This document shows positions 9,474 through 19,627 of a DNA stretch of 64,000 nt, in pieces. The notes beneath the pieces were generated by a model that did no database searches, was not told where the DNA came from, and saw only the letters and a list, made by a program, of their open reading frames with translations. The DNA is taken from contig CAYLJV010000003.1 of the NCBI GenBank assembly GCA_964384105.1, positions 150,307 through 214,306 of the forward strand, given 5' to 3'. A program made the translations under genes and the position numbers. Each line of letters begins with the position of its first letter. Within the stretch, counting starts at the first letter, position 1. The stretch comes from Candidatus Hadarchaeota archaeon. GTDB taxonomy: Archaea; Hadarchaeota; Hadarchaeia; Hadarchaeales; JAGGTB01.

Positions 9474-10168
9474 TCATTAATCACCTCTGTTTCTATTTCA
9501 CCATGAGTTAAATTGTTAATCTTTTCAAAAAACTCTTCCTGTAGTCCAGCGGGAATCTCTACTTTCGCTGCCCAAGAACCATCATCCAGCCATCGGTCTT
9601 CCTTAAGATCAGCAAAATCAGATACGAGCTGATACGCTTTTGCCCCATATTCAGGGGGGACCTTTACCACGATGACTCTGGTTTCGAAACTCAGCGGTAG
9701 GATTGGTCTTAGTGCTTTTACTATTTCAGGTAGTTGCTCTTCTGCACTTTTGAAAGCATCTACATTTATCTTCGCTTGGTCCAACGCATTTTCTATTCTT
9801 CTGGGAGGGTGAGGTGTTCCACTTTGGGGGTCCACTGCTCTTCTTGTTATGAGGGAAATAATCTGTTTTCTTCGTTTTTTTCTCATCTCTTGTCTCTGTC
9901 GAGTTGTAACTTGTATTTCTCCTTCTTTGATTACTTTCTTTGCTACTTCTATGGGGTCGGAAGTGCCGAATATTTCTTCCATCATCTCTTCTGAAGCTTT
10001 TTCGCCTTTACTAGAATCTTTAAAGATTTTTTCGGCGGCTAATATTTCCCTTATATCTATTTCTTCGCCAGCTCTATAATCTAAAGTCAAGTCCGGATCA
10101 ACTAGAACTTCAAACTCCGTTCCATGCGTAGATAATCTAGCTATTACGGCGTCTTCTACTTTAACCAT
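9470..10168 (-). CDS. Ribosome maturation factor SBDS/SDO1
   Basis: FEVLVDPD, PHPPRRIENAL, EIPAGLQEEF. Confidence 0.95.
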   Translation of the reverse strand: MVKVEDAVIARLSTHGTEFEVLVDPDLTLDYRAGEEIDIREILAAEKIFKDSSKGEKASEEMMEEIFGTSDPIEVAKKVIKEGEIQVTTRQRQEMRKKRRKQIISLITRRAVDPQSGTPHPPRRIENALDQAKINVDAFKSAEEQLPEIVKALRPILPLSFETRVIVVKVPPEYGAKAYQLVSDFADLKEDRWLDDGSWAAKVEIPAGLQEEFFEKINNLTHGEIETEVINE

Positions 10169-10196
10169 TTAAACCTTACAACCTATGAAATTGAAA

Positions 10197-10928
10197 TTAA
10201 CTCTCAGATTCGTATTTTTTAATATACTCAGATATTTCTTCAGGGGATAATTTATTGAATTCTTTATCTTCCACTATTGCTTCTGCCATCTCCACTTTTT
10301 CTATTCTTATTTTTCCTTCTATGATCTTGTCCAAAGCTTTTAGTGCTAATAAAACCGAGTCCTCTAGACTCATTTTTTCTTTGTAATTTTTCTCTAGTAC
10401 CTCTATTGTTTCTTCAGCTCCTCCACCTATGGCATGAGCTTTATAAGATGCTACTACTCCACTGGGATCTGTTTCGAAGAGGTGAGGTCCTCTCTCTCCG
10501 ACACCACCAATTAGGAATCTGGTTCCGAATGGTCTGACTCCCCCGTGTTGAGTGTACATCTGTTTTGTATCGCCAATGGTTTTAGCGAGGCTTTCTACGG
10601 AGATAGGCTCGTCGTATCTCATTCTGTTTACTTGAGCTTCAACCCTTGCTCTATCAATTAAAACCCTTGCATCGGCTATCAATCCAGATGCGGCAGCTCC
10701 AATGTGTTTGTCAATCTTGAAGATTTTTTCTACTGCTCCGTCTTCTACTAACTTGCTTGTTGATTTTCTTTCAGCAGCGAGGACTACTCCGTCTTTCGTT
10801 TTTATCCCCAGTGCAGTGTATCCCCTTTTGACTGCTTCTTGAGCATATTGAACCTGGAATAGTTTACCGTCTGGGCTAAATACAGTGATCGCCCGGTCAT
10901 ATCCGCCACCTTGTTGTGCAAAAGCCAA
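10197..10928 (-). CDS. psmA: Proteasome alpha subunit
   Basis: YDRAITVFSPDGKLFQVQYA, GGVRPFG; TTG start after GAGGAG. Confidence 0.98.
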   Translation of the reverse strand: MAFAQQGGGYDRAITVFSPDGKLFQVQYAQEAVKRGYTALGIKTKDGVVLAAERKSTSKLVEDGAVEKIFKIDKHIGAAASGLIADARVLIDRARVEAQVNRMRYDEPISVESLAKTIGDTKQMYTQHGGVRPFGTRFLIGGVGERGPHLFETDPSGVVASYKAHAIGGGAEETIEVLEKNYKEKMSLEDSVLLALKALDKIIEGKIRIEKVEMAEAIVEDKEFNKLSPEEISEYIKKYESES

Positions 10929-11067
10929 TTTTTTCTCCTCAAAATTATTTGTTTTTAAATTTATTTGTTAATTACGGTATTTGAGTTTTCGAAGTATCTA
11001 TTTAACTTTTTTGTGATTTAGTACTCATTCATTTATCGAGTCTTAGACTAAATAGTCTTTCCCATCT

Positions 11068-11358
11068 TTATGGGCCAGATAAAAATTTTTTTCTGGCATT
11101 CCGTATGGTTCCTGAAACCCCAAGTATCTTGACGTCCTCGTTTTCTCCAACCTTTTGTAATAGTTTTTCTACTTTGCGATGATCACATTTTATTAATCCT
11201 TGCTCTTTTCCTCTATCGTACATTATCACCCACGAGTAGGGAAACGATTCGAGTTCTCGTTTTAATTCAGAGAGTGGGTCTTCTTTTTTTCTCATCTGAC
11301 TCGATTTCTTTATCCTGAAAGCTATATACCGCCTTCTGTATTTTCTGGGAGCTGTCAT
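11068..11358 (-). CDS. rnp2: RNase P protein Pop5/Rpp14 family (short)
   Basis: RRRYIAF and GVSGTIRNARKKFL motifs; canonical position upstream of psmA. Confidence 0.8.
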   Translation of the reverse strand: MTAPRKYRRRYIAFRIKKSSQMRKKEDPLSELKRELESFPYSWVIMYDRGKEQGLIKCDHRKVEKLLQKVGENEDVKILGVSGTIRNARKKFLSGP

Positions 11359-11367
11359 AATCACACT

Positions 11368-11823
11368 TTAGTCGTATTTTAAGCCGAACTTAATGAATTC
11401 TTTCATTTTTTTTACTGCTATTTCTCTCTTTGCAGGATACGCAGAAAGATTAATTCGTAAATGAATCACATTCCCGGACTTTGTTAGTTTTATTTTATCT
11501 TCAGAAATAAGGCTCTGTTTGTCTACTCTCAGATATAGACGACAATCGTCTCCTATTCGATCTATTGCTTCTTGGGATAATTTCTCTTTTTCTTTTTCAT
11601 CGAGCCTATCGAGAAATTTATCCCAAAATTCTCTTAAAAACGGCCTTCGTTCGAAATTCGTGGATAAGATAGTTTTTTTATCTCCATAGTGCCCTTCAGC
11701 TTCTGCACGTTCTATCTCGGTTTCTTCTGGTAAGATTTTTAATAGAGCAGTTAGAATCTTCTCTTCACTTTCTGTTGCATGAACGATGACGCTAACCCCA
11801 ACTGATTTGAAAGGGAGATCCAT
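11368..11823 (-). CDS. RNA-binding protein, DUF54/COG1325 family
   Basis: VHATESEEKI, EGHYGD, LYLRVDKQ, AYPAKRE. Confidence 0.9.
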   Translation of the reverse strand: MDLPFKSVGVSVIVHATESEEKILTALLKILPEETEIERAEAEGHYGDKKTILSTNFERRPFLREFWDKFLDRLDEKEKEKLSQEAIDRIGDDCRLYLRVDKQSLISEDKIKLTKSGNVIHLRINLSAYPAKREIAVKKMKEFIKFGLKYD

Positions 11824-11833
11824 CCGCGATTCC

Positions 11834-12391
11834 TCAGCGAGAATTACTTCTTATACTAGGTCTATTTTTTTCGGACCCTTTACCTTTATTTTTTAAGCCT
11901 CTAGATGACTTACCAGCGCTGGTTATGCCTCGTTGAGCTCTGTTTTTCTGCGAGGAATTTGTTATCCATTCTAGATCGGGATCTTTTTGGATTGAGGAGT
12001 GATTAGGATCTATGAGTATTACCTCAAAATAATGATATTCACCATCTTCGCCGACCTTGTATGAGTTTAAGACCTCTAAATTTGGGAATTTCTTTGCGGT
12101 TCTCTCTTCGGCTATTAATTTTTTGTTTTTGCTAGCAGTAATTTTTGATACTCCCATCCGCTTTGGTCTTCGACCTTTTTTGGGTCTCTTTTTTCTTCTG
12201 CCGCCCCGTCTAACTCTAGCTCTGGCTACAACTACACCCTGTTTTGCTTTGTATCCTAGTTCTCGAGCTCTTTCGGGTTTACTTGGGTTTTCTAGTCTTT
12301 CAATTGTGGGTCCCTTTCTCCATTCACTACGTCTTTTCTGCAGGATTTTATCCCGTTGTTCTCTTTTCATTTTTTTAATTTCTTTTTTCAT
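11834..12391 (-). CDS. rpl15e: 50S ribosomal protein L15e
   Basis: ARELGYKAKQG, AEERTAKKFPNLEVLNSY, RGITSAGK. Confidence 0.95.
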   Translation of the reverse strand: MKKEIKKMKREQRDKILQKRRSEWRKGPTIERLENPSKPERARELGYKAKQGVVVARARVRRGGRRKKRPKKGRRPKRMGVSKITASKNKKLIAEERTAKKFPNLEVLNSYKVGEDGEYHYFEVILIDPNHSSIQKDPDLEWITNSSQKNRAQRGITSAGKSSRGLKNKGKGSEKNRPSIRSNSR

Positions 12392-12596
12392 GATTACACC
12401 GATTCTTATCAACAATTTCATACATTTAATATAAAGTTCTTGGCTTCGAAGAGGTAGTTTTTTGAATGTGGTTTCCTTCTCTCATTAATATTGTATCGCT
12501 TTTTAAAATTGTAGGTTTGTTCAACGTCGGTAAATTTCATTAGACATTGAGGATTTATTTCGTGACCTGTCCTGTAATCAACGCTGTCATTTAAAC

Positions 12597-13799
12597 CTAT
12601 CTCCCTTTTGTTGCTACTATCCGTATTATGTCTCCGTCTTCTAACTCGTGATGTTCACCAACACGTCTGTTTGTTCGGGCATCCACTGCATGTATGAACG
12701 TCTCTCCTAGGTCGGAATGAATCTCATAAGCGAATTCACGAGCGGTTGTACCCTTTGGAACCAAAAAGGCATCAGGAAGTACGTGCCCCTTGGCGTCTGT
12801 TAGTTTATGCTCATCATCTACGGGGTATACAACGATCATCCCGAGCAGGTCATAAATTGCTTTGTCAATAGCATTCTGAACACCAGTTGATCCCCATTCT
12901 TCGAGTAAATGCTCTATCGATTTCAACGCTCTTTTCTGTTTTTTGTCTAGTTTATTTTTATCTAATACGCTGAATTCGCTGTTTCCCGGAGCGTAATCTA
13001 TCAATCTTTTTTCAGCGGCCCTTCTCAGAGCTAATTCAGCTTCACAACTCATCGGTATTACAGAATAATCTAGTCGGGATAATCGCTCTAAATTCTCTTT
13101 GGCTTTTGGAACGTCTATTTTGTTAGCTCCTAGAAGCATAGGTTTGCTAGTTTTCCGAAGATTTTGTGCAAGCTCAAATATATCCTCCTTGGACCATTTT
13201 TCTACTAAATCAGCTTTCAGATCAGATTTTCTTAAAGCGGAGGAGACTTTTTCTCTGTTAATACCTAGGCCACTTAGTCTTTCTGCAATAGCTTTGGTGA
13301 CATCCACTTCTTCTAATTGAGTTTTTCTTGCAAATCTTGCCCATCCATCGGACAAAATTCCAGTTAACCATTGATCTAACTCGTTCTCCAAAAACTCTAC
13401 GTCATCTATTGGATCATGGTTTCCGGGTTCAACAGGTTCTCCATTGGCATTTGTAGCTCCTGCTGCGTCTATCATGTGTATTAATACGGAAGCCATTCTT
13501 AGATTGTCGAGAAATTTGTTTCCTAATCCCTTACCCTTGTAGGCTCCTTTTACTAACCCTGCAACGTCAATTGTTCTTACCGGAACATACCTAACCCCAT
13601 CGACACATCTGGAATTTTGCGGGTCGCATTTTACGTCCATGTCTCGGCAAGGACATTGACTCCTCACATATGTTACACCAATATTCGCATCGATGGTGGT
13701 AAACGGGTAGCCGGCCATTGGAGCTTCCGCTAATGTCGCAGCGTTAAAAAAAGTGGTTTTTCCTGTGTTTGGTTTTCCTACAATTCCGAGTTCTAGCAT
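12597..13799 (-). CDS. ychF: Obg-family NTPase YchF (archaeal type, C-terminal TGS domain)
   Basis: GKPNTGKT, YPFTTI, DVAGLV, NKID, C-terminal TGS. Confidence 0.93.
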   Translation of the reverse strand: MLELGIVGKPNTGKTTFFNAATLAEAPMAGYPFTTIDANIGVTYVRSQCPCRDMDVKCDPQNSRCVDGVRYVPVRTIDVAGLVKGAYKGKGLGNKFLDNLRMASVLIHMIDAAGATNANGEPVEPGNHDPIDDVEFLENELDQWLTGILSDGWARFARKTQLEEVDVTKAIAERLSGLGINREKVSSALRKSDLKADLVEKWSKEDIFELAQNLRKTSKPMLLGANKIDVPKAKENLERLSRLDYSVIPMSCEAELALRRAAEKRLIDYAPGNSEFSVLDKNKLDKKQKRALKSIEHLLEEWGSTGVQNAIDKAIYDLLGMIVVYPVDDEHKLTDAKGHVLPDAFLVPKGTTAREFAYEIHSDLGETFIHAVDARTNRRVGEHHELEDGDIIRIVATKGR

Positions 13800-13805
13800 T
13801 ATAAT

Positions 13806-14156
13806 CTACTCTGGATTTTCTTCTGTAAATGGGTATTCTCCAGGGTCTCTTTTTGTGCCGAAGCTTCTAAGTCCTTCCTCTGAGAGTTGCTCTCTTAGTT
13901 TTTTACTGTATTTTTCTTCTATTTTTCCTTCCTTTTCCATGTAATCGATTATTTTAAAGGCTTCCTTTTCCTCGTCACAAAGCCGAATATAATCTATTAC
14001 ACTAGATCTCGAAGGTTTTTTAGGCTCAGAGGCTTCTTTTGCTTTTTTTGGGTCGGTTCGGACTCCATCCATCTCTATTACGGTCTTTTTGTTTTCTATG
14101 GATTTGAAAAGGTTTGGAAATTTTTCTTTGAAATATTCCTTGTCATATTTAATCAT
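13806..14156 (-). CDS. DUF2095 family protein
   Basis: FKEKFPNL, VIDYIRLCDEEKEA, GLRSFGTKR pattern. Confidence 0.8.
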   Translation of the reverse strand: MIKYDKEYFKEKFPNLFKSIENKKTVIEMDGVRTDPKKAKEASEPKKPSRSSVIDYIRLCDEEKEAFKIIDYMEKEGKIEEKYSKKLREQLSEEGLRSFGTKRDPGEYPFTEENPE

Positions 14157-15411
14157 CTTTCCAACTCTTCCTTTTCTCTTTTCGTTCTACAAATATACAG
14201 GTGTTCTGAGGTAAATCTTCGTATAGGATGGTGCCGGGTCCAATTGCTGAAGTGGGGCCAGCTTTGACACCTGGATTTATCATGCTATTTATTCCTGTTT
14301 GAACGTTGTCCCCTAATATGGCACCAAGTTTGCGTCTTCCTGTATCGGTAAGTTTTTGTCTCAGAGTCATGTTCACGTTAGCTGCGTCCAGTCTTAGGTT
14401 CCCAATTTTTGTACCTGAACCAAAATTACAGTTTCGACCTATTACGCTGTCTCCTATGTAGGTATGATGTGCGGCGTGAGTTCCATCCATTATAATGCTA
14501 TTTTTTACCTCAACTGCGTTTCCGATTCTCGTATTTTTGCCGATACTGGTAAATTGGCGAATATAGCAATTTGGCCCAATGTCACTGTTCTGTCCGATAT
14601 AAACTGGGCCTTCTATATAAGCTCCGGATCGGATTAGAGCACCCTCTTCGACAGTTACATCTCCTCTTAAATGGGCACCCTCTTCGATCTCTCCCTTTAT
14701 CTCAGCTTTTTGATTTTTTAATAATTGTTCATTTGCGGTCAATAAGTCCCAGGGTCTTCCGATATGAACCCAGGAGTTTAATTCATTTGCTGAGACCGTC
14801 TCTCCCTTATCTATAAGCATTCCTATAGAAGAGGTGATTTCTTTTTCCCCTCTTTTTGATAGTGAAGTTTTTTGGATTATTTCATATATTTCAGGTTCGA
14901 ATACGTAAATTCCAGCATTAATGAGTTGATTGTAAGTTTTTTTGGGTTTCTCAACTATTTCTTTAATTTGATCTCCTTCAGTTTCGATAACTCCGTAGGA
15001 ATCCGCATTTTCTACCCTATAGGCCCCCAGAGTTGCTATTGAGTTATTTTTTTTATGGTGTTGTATGGTATCGATGAGAGATTCAGGATCACAGTATACA
15101 TCCCCATTGACTACTACAAAGGTGTCCTCGCTTTCTGTGAAAGAGACTGCATGTGCTGTGCCTTTCTGGTCTTTTTGCTCAACATAATTAATTTCCACTT
15201 CAAAGCTCTTCCCGTCGTCATAACGATCGATTATATCCTCTTTTTTGTATCCTACTACCATAGTTATATTTTCAATCCCTGATTTTTTTAGAGATTCTAA
15301 AATGTAGTCTAGAATCGGTTTCCCCGCTATGGGTAATAGCCCTTTTGGACAAGTGTTGGTGAGAGGTTGCATTCGCTCTCCTATTCCTGCTGTTAGTATA
15401 ACCGCTTCCAT
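14149..15411 (-). CDS. glmU: Bifunctional sugar-1-phosphate nucleotidyltransferase/acetyltransferase
   Basis: LTAGIGERMQPLT...PK NTP-transferase; hexapeptide repeats; GRRKLGA. Confidence 0.9.
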   Translation of the reverse strand: MEAVILTAGIGERMQPLTNTCPKGLLPIAGKPILDYILESLKKSGIENITMVVGYKKEDIIDRYDDGKSFEVEINYVEQKDQKGTAHAVSFTESEDTFVVVNGDVYCDPESLIDTIQHHKKNNSIATLGAYRVENADSYGVIETEGDQIKEIVEKPKKTYNQLINAGIYVFEPEIYEIIQKTSLSKRGEKEITSSIGMLIDKGETVSANELNSWVHIGRPWDLLTANEQLLKNQKAEIKGEIEEGAHLRGDVTVEEGALIRSGAYIEGPVYIGQNSDIGPNCYIRQFTSIGKNTRIGNAVEVKNSIIMDGTHAAHHTYIGDSVIGRNCNFGSGTKIGNLRLDAANVNMTLRQKLTDTGRRKLGAILGDNVQTGINSMINPGVKAGPTSAIGPGTILYEDLPQNTCIFVERKEKRKSWKDD

Positions 15412-15540
15412 TTTCTTTACCTAGTAGTTTGCCTCTTTCAGTTAAGATTATCTAATACGTCTAATAGAATTTTTCACGTTATTTCGGATAACTGCGATTA
15501 TTTAAAAGAATGTGTCCGAAAATAAAGAAATAGAATATAT

Positions 15541-15981
15541 ATGACATTGAACCTTCTTGTGATCATATTTTTGTTTGGGCTAATAGTAGGGATTCTTTTG
15601 GCTTACTATATAATGAAAGCGAGAGCGAAAAGTTGGTTGAAGCAGTGGAAAGTTGAGGAAGAAAAGAAAATAAGAAAAGATGTTATCGAAAGGAGTAGAG
15701 CCTCTCTTAAAGGAAGAATAGGGGAACAGTTGGCTCCTCTTTTACCCGCATTTTCTCATGAGCCCTCGGACGCTCGTTTTATTGGCTCACCTGTGGATTA
15801 TATTATATTTGAGGGTTTATCAAGTGAAAACCCAGAGGAGATCATTTTTGCCGATGTAAAGGTGGGAGAGAGTGCGAGATTAACTCCTATTCAGAAAATT
15901 TTCAAGAAAATCGTAGAAGATGGGAAAATAAGGTGGGAAACTATTCATATGGATGATTCTGGGGAAGAATGGACCTATTAG
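15541..15981 (+). CDS. Holliday-junction-resolvase-like PD-(D/E)XK endonuclease with N-terminal TM anchor
   Basis: GRIGEQLAP, DARFIGSPVDYIIFEG, FADVKVG, LTPIQ. Confidence 0.85.
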   Translation: MTLNLLVIIFLFGLIVGILLAYYIMKARAKSWLKQWKVEEEKKIRKDVIERSRASLKGRIGEQLAPLLPAFSHEPSDARFIGSPVDYIIFEGLSSENPEEIIFADVKVGESARLTPIQKIFKKIVEDGKIRWETIHMDDSGEEWTY

Positions 15982-17333
15982 AATTTTGTTTCTTTTAAAG
16001 TTGTTTCCGTTTTTTTAACTAGACTTTTAGCTTTGCTTTCGCTACCAGCTTCGGAAGTTATTCGGATGTAGGGCTCGGTTCCTGAGGGACGTATTAAGAT
16101 CCAATCTCCGTTTTCTAGTTCTAAACGAATCCCGTCTATGTCTACTATATTAGCAATGTTACTAAATTCAGAATTTACTTTATTTTTGAATTTTTCCATG
16201 ATTATAGATTTTTTTTCATTAGGACATCTGACTTTTGAACGAGATATGGGATATTCTGGTATCGAGTCTAGAAGATTAGATAATTTTCTTTCGTATGAGT
16301 CGATCATTTCTATTATTCGGGCTGCTGCGAGGGTGCCGTCTGGACACATGTGAATGTCGCCGATTATCCAAGTTCCAGAGGGTTCGCCTCCAAATGCAAT
16401 ATTTTCTTTATCCATTTTCTCTGCTACGCTTACATCACCCACTTCCGTTTTAAAGACTCTACCTCCCTTTTCAGAAGCTAATTCTTCTATTACTCTTGAG
16501 GCGTCTACTGTAGTTACTATACCCTTTCCGAATTTTTCTATGGAATAGCGACCCATGAGTGCCAGTAACTTGTCTTCTTTTGCAGGTCTCCCCTTTTCAT
16601 CTACTGCGTATATTCTATCGCCATCTCCATCATGAGCGAGTCCTAGATCAGCATCGGAGTTTCTTACAAAATTTATTAGATCTTGAAGGTTCTCTTTTGT
16701 GGGTTCGGGCTTTCGACCTGGAAAAAACCCATCTAAACTAGAGTTTATTGTTATGACATCGCAACCTAGCATTTTCAAGAATTTCGGGGTAGTTTTGCTT
16801 GTTGGACCATTGGCACAATCGACGATGACTTTGTATTTTTTCTCAAAATTGAAATAAACACTCATTTTTTCAAGATATTTTTTTGTTACGCTGCGTTTTT
16901 CTGCTTCTTTTATTTTCTTCCAGGATGGAGTCTCAAATTCCTTTTTTGAATAAATGGTTTCTATTTTGGATTCTATTTGGGTATTAAGGGCCATTCCATT
17001 GGATTTAAAGAATTTTATCCCATTGTATTCTGGTGGATTATGGGATGCGGTTATCATAACGCCTGCTTTTGCTTCTGAAATCTTCGTAGAAAATCCGACT
17101 ACTGGGGTTGGTACAATTCCGAGTTTTTCGACCTCTAGTCCCGACGATAGGAATCCTGATACGAGTGCATTTTCCAACATTTTTCCTGAAACTCTAGTAT
17201 CTCGACCGATAAGGACCTTTCCAGAGTTATCGAGCCATTTCGCCAAAGATTTGGATAGTTCTATAGCTAACCTTGAAGTTATTCTTTCATTTATTAGACC
17301 TCTGACACCAGAGGTACCAAAAAGATTGTTCAT
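15978..17333 (-). CDS. glmM: Phosphoglucosamine mutase / phosphohexomutase
   Basis: LFGTSGVRG, ITASHNP, DGDGDR, GGEPSG, IRPSGTEP. Confidence 0.9.
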   Translation of the reverse strand: MNNLFGTSGVRGLINERITSRLAIELSKSLAKWLDNSGKVLIGRDTRVSGKMLENALVSGFLSSGLEVEKLGIVPTPVVGFSTKISEAKAGVMITASHNPPEYNGIKFFKSNGMALNTQIESKIETIYSKKEFETPSWKKIKEAEKRSVTKKYLEKMSVYFNFEKKYKVIVDCANGPTSKTTPKFLKMLGCDVITINSSLDGFFPGRKPEPTKENLQDLINFVRNSDADLGLAHDGDGDRIYAVDEKGRPAKEDKLLALMGRYSIEKFGKGIVTTVDASRVIEELASEKGGRVFKTEVGDVSVAEKMDKENIAFGGEPSGTWIIGDIHMCPDGTLAAARIIEMIDSYERKLSNLLDSIPEYPISRSKVRCPNEKKSIIMEKFKNKVNSEFSNIANIVDIDGIRLELENGDWILIRPSGTEPYIRITSEAGSESKAKSLVKKTETTLKETKF

Positions 17334-17348
17334 CCTCGGCCCTTGTAC

Positions 17349-17918
17349 TTATTTGAGTACCTTTGATTTCTTTATTTCTACTCTTCTTATCGGACAAATC
17401 TTTCTTATTTGCTTATAGAGACTGGAAGCGAGATTCCCTAGGACCATTTGCTGTGCCAATTGGTTGAAATCGTAATCTTTGGCTTTCTCTCTGAGGTACT
17501 TTTCCATTTCTTTGTGTATTGATTCTTTCTGAGGTGTTTGTACTTTGTTCAGAGTTACCGCTATTGCTGTTATTCTGACTTTACGCTCGTCCGAGGTTGT
17601 AACATTGGTTATACATTCTACCTTAGTTGATCGTCTTCTCACTTGACTTCTTATATAGTCTCGTGACATGTCGTGGCCAACGAATTCCGTTTTTGCCTCG
17701 TGGTCTTCAACGTCTGTAACTTTAAAAGAAACTTTTATGTGGGACTTAGAAAAGTCCTCGATTAAATCTCCTAAAGTGACCTCCATAATCCTGCCCTTGA
17801 CTTTTTCAGGGTCTGAGGCAAGTGTTTCTCCTATTTTTTTATTGCCGAACATAGAGTGGGCTAGTATATCGTACCACTCTTTTGAACGCCAAGTATCTTT
17901 TCCTTTTGCTCTAGCCAT
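17349..17918 (-). CDS. rps3ae: 30S ribosomal protein S3Ae (eS1)
   Basis: KDTWRSKEWY, DYIRSQVRRRSTK, CPIRRVEIKKS. Confidence 0.97.
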   Translation of the reverse strand: MARAKGKDTWRSKEWYDILAHSMFGNKKIGETLASDPEKVKGRIMEVTLGDLIEDFSKSHIKVSFKVTDVEDHEAKTEFVGHDMSRDYIRSQVRRRSTKVECITNVTTSDERKVRITAIAVTLNKVQTPQKESIHKEMEKYLREKAKDYDFNQLAQQMVLGNLASSLYKQIRKICPIRRVEIKKSKVLK

Positions 17919-18070
17919 TCTATCACAGTTTTTTGTAGGTTCTCTTGCTTATAAATTAAGGGCGAATTTAATATTTTGAATGATTCAAAAGGTAATAAAC
18001 ATTATGGATTTTGCTGTTAATAAGTAAAAATTAAATGTTGCATCTAGAATTAGTTACACGGACTGAGAAG

Positions 18071-19357
18071 ATGTTAGATATTGAGATAATTAGGAATGAA
18101 CCTCAAACCGTGAAGGAGGACTTAAGGAAGAGAGGAGATCCCAAAAGGTTGGCTTGGGTAGATGAGCTACAGGAAATGGACAAGAGATGGAGAGAGCTCA
18201 AACAGGAAACTGACCAATTAAAGCATGAAAGAAACGTTTTGGCCCAAAAAATTGGGGAGAAGAAAAAGAATGGAGAAGAAGCTGATCACGAAATTGAGAA
18301 GTCAAAGGAACTTTCCAAAAAAATCGAGTACAAAGAGAATGAAATGGAGAGTTTGAAGGAGGATATAAATTCAAAATTAATGAACTTGCCAAATATTCTC
18401 CATCCATCTGTACCGAGAGGTGAAAGTGATGAAGACAACGAAGAGGTTTATAGAGTGGGAGAATCAAGTATTCCAGATTATTCATTAAAACCTCATGGGG
18501 AAATAATGGAAGAGTTAGACGTAGGAGATTTTGATAGGGCTTCTAAAGTTTCGGGACATGGGTTCGCTTATTTGAAAAATGGTCTAGTACTTCTGGATCT
18601 GGCTATCGTGAATTATGCTCTAAATAAATTGGTTGAAAGAGGGTATGAACCAGTTGAACCTCCCTTTATGATGAAAAGAAGCCCCTATGAGGGTACTGTA
18701 GATCTTTCAGATTTTGAGGATGTAATGTATAAAATCGAAGGAGAGGATCTATATCTTATCGCCACTTCGGAGCATCCTATAGCTGCGATGTATAAAGATG
18801 AGATTTTGAGTGAGGATGAACTGCCCAAGAAGTATGTTGGTGTAAGCCCCTGTTTCAGAAAGGAAGTTGGTAGTCATGGTATTGATACAAAGGGACTTTT
18901 TAGAGCTCATCAGTTCAACAAGATTGAGCAGTTTATATTTTCAAAGCCGGAGGAGTCGTGGGATTACCACGAGGAACTTCTTAAGAATGCGGAGGATTTA
19001 ATGAAGGACCTTGAAATTCCGTATCGAGTTGTTAATGTTTGTACAGGGGATATAGGCACTGTTGCTGCCAAGAAGTATGATATAGAGGCTTGGTCGCCTA
19101 GACAGGAAAAGTATATTGAAGTGATTTCTTGCTCCAACTGCACGGACTATCAAGCTAGGCGTTTGAATATAAGGATGGGAAAGGTGGGAGGAGGAGAAAA
19201 AGAAATTGTTCATACTTTGAATAGTACTGCATTAGCTACTTCTAGAACTATGGTAGCGATCCTTGAGAATAATCAGAGAGAGGACGGATCAGTAGTGGTT
19301 CCTAAAGTACTTAGGGAGTATATGCGTGGAAAAGAGATAATTGAAAAAAGAGCCTAA
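18071..19357 (+). CDS. serS: Seryl-tRNA synthetase (standard/bacterial-eukaryotic type)
   Basis: LIATSEHP, CFRKEVG, FRAHQFNKIEQF, SCSNCTDYQARRL, HTLNST. Confidence 0.97.
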   Translation: MLDIEIIRNEPQTVKEDLRKRGDPKRLAWVDELQEMDKRWRELKQETDQLKHERNVLAQKIGEKKKNGEEADHEIEKSKELSKKIEYKENEMESLKEDINSKLMNLPNILHPSVPRGESDEDNEEVYRVGESSIPDYSLKPHGEIMEELDVGDFDRASKVSGHGFAYLKNGLVLLDLAIVNYALNKLVERGYEPVEPPFMMKRSPYEGTVDLSDFEDVMYKIEGEDLYLIATSEHPIAAMYKDEILSEDELPKKYVGVSPCFRKEVGSHGIDTKGLFRAHQFNKIEQFIFSKPEESWDYHEELLKNAEDLMKDLEIPYRVVNVCTGDIGTVAAKKYDIEAWSPRQEKYIEVISCSNCTDYQARRLNIRMGKVGGGEKEIVHTLNSTALATSRTMVAILENNQREDGSVVVPKVLREYMRGKEIIEKRA

Positions 19358-19360
19358 TCA

Positions 19361-19600
19361 CTATTCTTCTACCATTTTTTCTGCAGTTGAAATACAAGAT
19401 AACAGATCTTCAAGTGTGGCGATAAGCGTTTCTATTCGACCATCCATTTCTATCTCTGTTTCTACTTTTTTCCCAGATTTTCCGGTTTTTATTTTTACTT
19501 CTTTGGGTGAATCTCTATTGTCAGGTTCTATCGAAGAAGCTATTGCTTTGGCGGTGATTTCTCTCTTGTACAAGCATGAAACTCTGGCTCTCATTTTCAT
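19361..19600 (-). CDS. Pcc1 paralog (Pcc2-like KEOPS subunit)
   Basis: IASSIEPDN, TLIATLEDLLSCISTAE; located in the rps15-DHH-rps3ae cluster. Confidence 0.8.
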   Translation of the reverse strand: MKMRARVSCLYKREITAKAIASSIEPDNRDSPKEVKIKTGKSGKKVETEIEMDGRIETLIATLEDLLSCISTAEKMVEE

Positions 19601-19627
19601 TTTTTAGCAACTCTTCTAAGATTAAAT

